Source: Eledone cirrhosa (Eukaryota). Taken from it: 64,000 nucleotides of DNA. This document shows, piece after piece, positions 61,976 to 64,000 of the stretch. The translations under genes and the position numbers were made by a program. The stretch is taken from NCBI GenBank assembly GCA_964016885.1, contig OZ024743.1, positions 188,418,001 through 188,482,000 on the forward strand, written 5' to 3'. Numbering within the stretch: the first letter of the stretch is position 1; the number at the start of each line of letters is the position of its first letter. The notes below the pieces were generated by a model that ran no database searches, was not told the DNA's origin, and worked only from the letters and a program-made list of their open reading frames with translations.

Positions 61976-64000
61976 GTGATATAATAGTAAGAAGTAATAG
62001 AAACAGAAATCAACAGAAAATACAGAAAGGAAAGTTGATAAACTGATTTATTTCATTGTTTGTGTTGTTCATATAGTAGAATCAGAAAAAGTAGGCTCAG
62101 TATAAAGAATTTAGCACATAGTGACACTAACACTGGAGAAATTATCAAAGTGTACTCCTCTGATGATATAGTATGTAATGCTGTAATACTCTTGCTATAA
62201 GCAATATATATATATATTCTTCTCTTTTATAATGTTAACTGGGAAAAATAATGTAATTCAACTGTGACAAACTTAAATTTCTGTTTCACAAATAAAAGCA
62301 ATATGTTGCTGTTTTAATGATCAGTATATATTTCTCTCTGCTTATTTCCATGTGATTCTAAAAACTAATAATTCTTGAAATGAAAATATTGCTTCACAGG
62401 AATTCTCTATTAACTAACACTACTAGTGGCCAGAAGGCCAAACTACAGAAATCCTGGTCATATCAATATTCGCTCTCATATTCCAAGGTGAAAATTGCAT
62501 CTTCTGATATTGATGCTATAATATAAAGAATAGTTTCAATGAAATTCAATATATGTAAGGGATTTTGGTATCTTTTGAGGTTAAATCAAATGACATGGAG
62601 ATCAAGTAATTAAGTAAAGAATATCTGACCTTTAAAAAGTTAGTAATTGAAAGGAGTGGTTAATAGCATTTTGGAAATTTCTTGCCTAAAGCCTGCAAGT
62701 ATAAAAGGAATGAATCAATACAGTTGGTGTTAATGATATATTTTGACCTGAGGATAATTATAACTTCTGTGGTTTCTTCCTTCCAGCTACTGTTATCATT
62801 CTGAAAATGTATTCCATTGCAAATATAGTATTTGGGAGGAAAATTTAACCAACATTGTTGTTCTATTTCTTTAGAGTAATATATGGAAGAAACGATCAGA
62901 GATCAACTATGGACAGAAATTATTTGATTGGTTTCCTCAGCCTTTCTTTGCTGTTTCCTTGGTCCTTGTTGATATATTTATTTTCTGCAGATTATTCTAA
63001 AGCTCATTCCTTCTGTGAACATCAATCAGTCAGTAAATCAATCAGGTGCCCCAATATGTAGCACATGATTTTAGAAATTCAACCTTGCTAAGAAAAAGGA
63101 GATCTATACATTAAGTGGTGGTCACATAAGATACATCAAAGTTAGTGATCAGAGGAAAGCACTTTCAATTTTCTCTTTTCTTGTTATATTAGATGTAATT
63201 ATTCCTGTTATGGATATTACAGGGTAGATGATATGCTTTCATTCAAACATACTCATCTTGTAGAGATTTTGAAGGGAAAATGAAGAATGGGTAGGAGAAT
63301 TTAATTCTTGAACTATTAAATGCATGTCATGAACCTTACATTTACTAGTATAGCCAGTATTTTGTGCTTATGCCCTAGTTACAGTTAACCTAGTTAAATG
63401 GTTAATGCTAAGAAAAATACCTAGCTTTATAAACAATAACTGCAATAATATGTTTTCTAATTTTGGAGCAAGGCCAGGAATCATCTTTTGGCAAGAATTG
63501 AGGCCAGAAATCGATTATATCAATCTCTCTATTTGATTGATAGTATATATATTATCAACCTGAGTAGAATTTGAACTCAGAATGCAAAGAGCTGAAAATT
63601 AACTGCAACTATTTTCAAGCATCTAACATTTCTGAGAAAACCATACTATCACACATTAGCAGACAAGAAGCATTGGATATAAATCAGTAAAAAGAAGATA
63701 ATGTAGTGAGAATAAGATAGAACTCCATTGTTTCTAATACTAATGTATGAACATAATTCTGAATGCAAAATGGATAATTTTCCTTTGAAAATTGAATTAC
63801 CTTCCAGAAATACTAAACTATTTATCGATTCCATTTAACTATATAAATGAAAAACAAGTTAACAACAAATATTAAAACTAATTTCATCTTCTTAACTGAA
63901 GGGTCTATTTGAATTATTTCTAATTATATTTACATATCAGATAATACAGACTCAGAATTTCATTTAACACAAAAATGAGTATATATATATGTTCAAACAG

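Noticed and set aside
62400-63060. Candidate short plus-strand exons after cacag (62399) and ttttctgcag (62990)
   Set aside because: Short open frames with no recognisable protein similarity and weak donors.

Overview
AT-rich, microsatellite-dense animal DNA, most likely a coleoid cephalopod such as an octopus (inferred from the SINE/LINE repertoire, not proven). No host protein-coding exon could be supported; the window reads as intronic or intergenic and is dominated by transposons. It holds eight relatively young RTE-clade LINE insertions, all on the minus strand. One (15030..18146) has an uninterrupted 1038-codon endonuclease+RT frame, and the family carries an internal C4HC3 PHD-like finger. 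Also present are older RTE, APE-LINE, Helitron and Penelope-like (PLE, GIY-YIG) relics, several tRNA-derived SINE families (one shares its 3' tail with a LINE in the window) and piggyBac-type MITEs. The most unusual signal is a set of short fold-back or palindromic elements lying in or beside (TA)n tracts (317, 10311, 14325, 44101, 50778, 50998, 54397, 55978). Several carry type I hammerhead-ribozyme folds in both arms, pointing away from the palindrome centre. Three sequence-unrelated ones have the core UUGA(A/U)AA, a U3-A8 pair in place of C3-G8. Seven ends share a short terminal motif, ACCA(C/T)-N9-11-GTA(C/T)TCAAT. They look like a family of non-autonomous, Penelope-like, retrozyme-type fold-back elements. 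All folds were assigned by eye and are untested.
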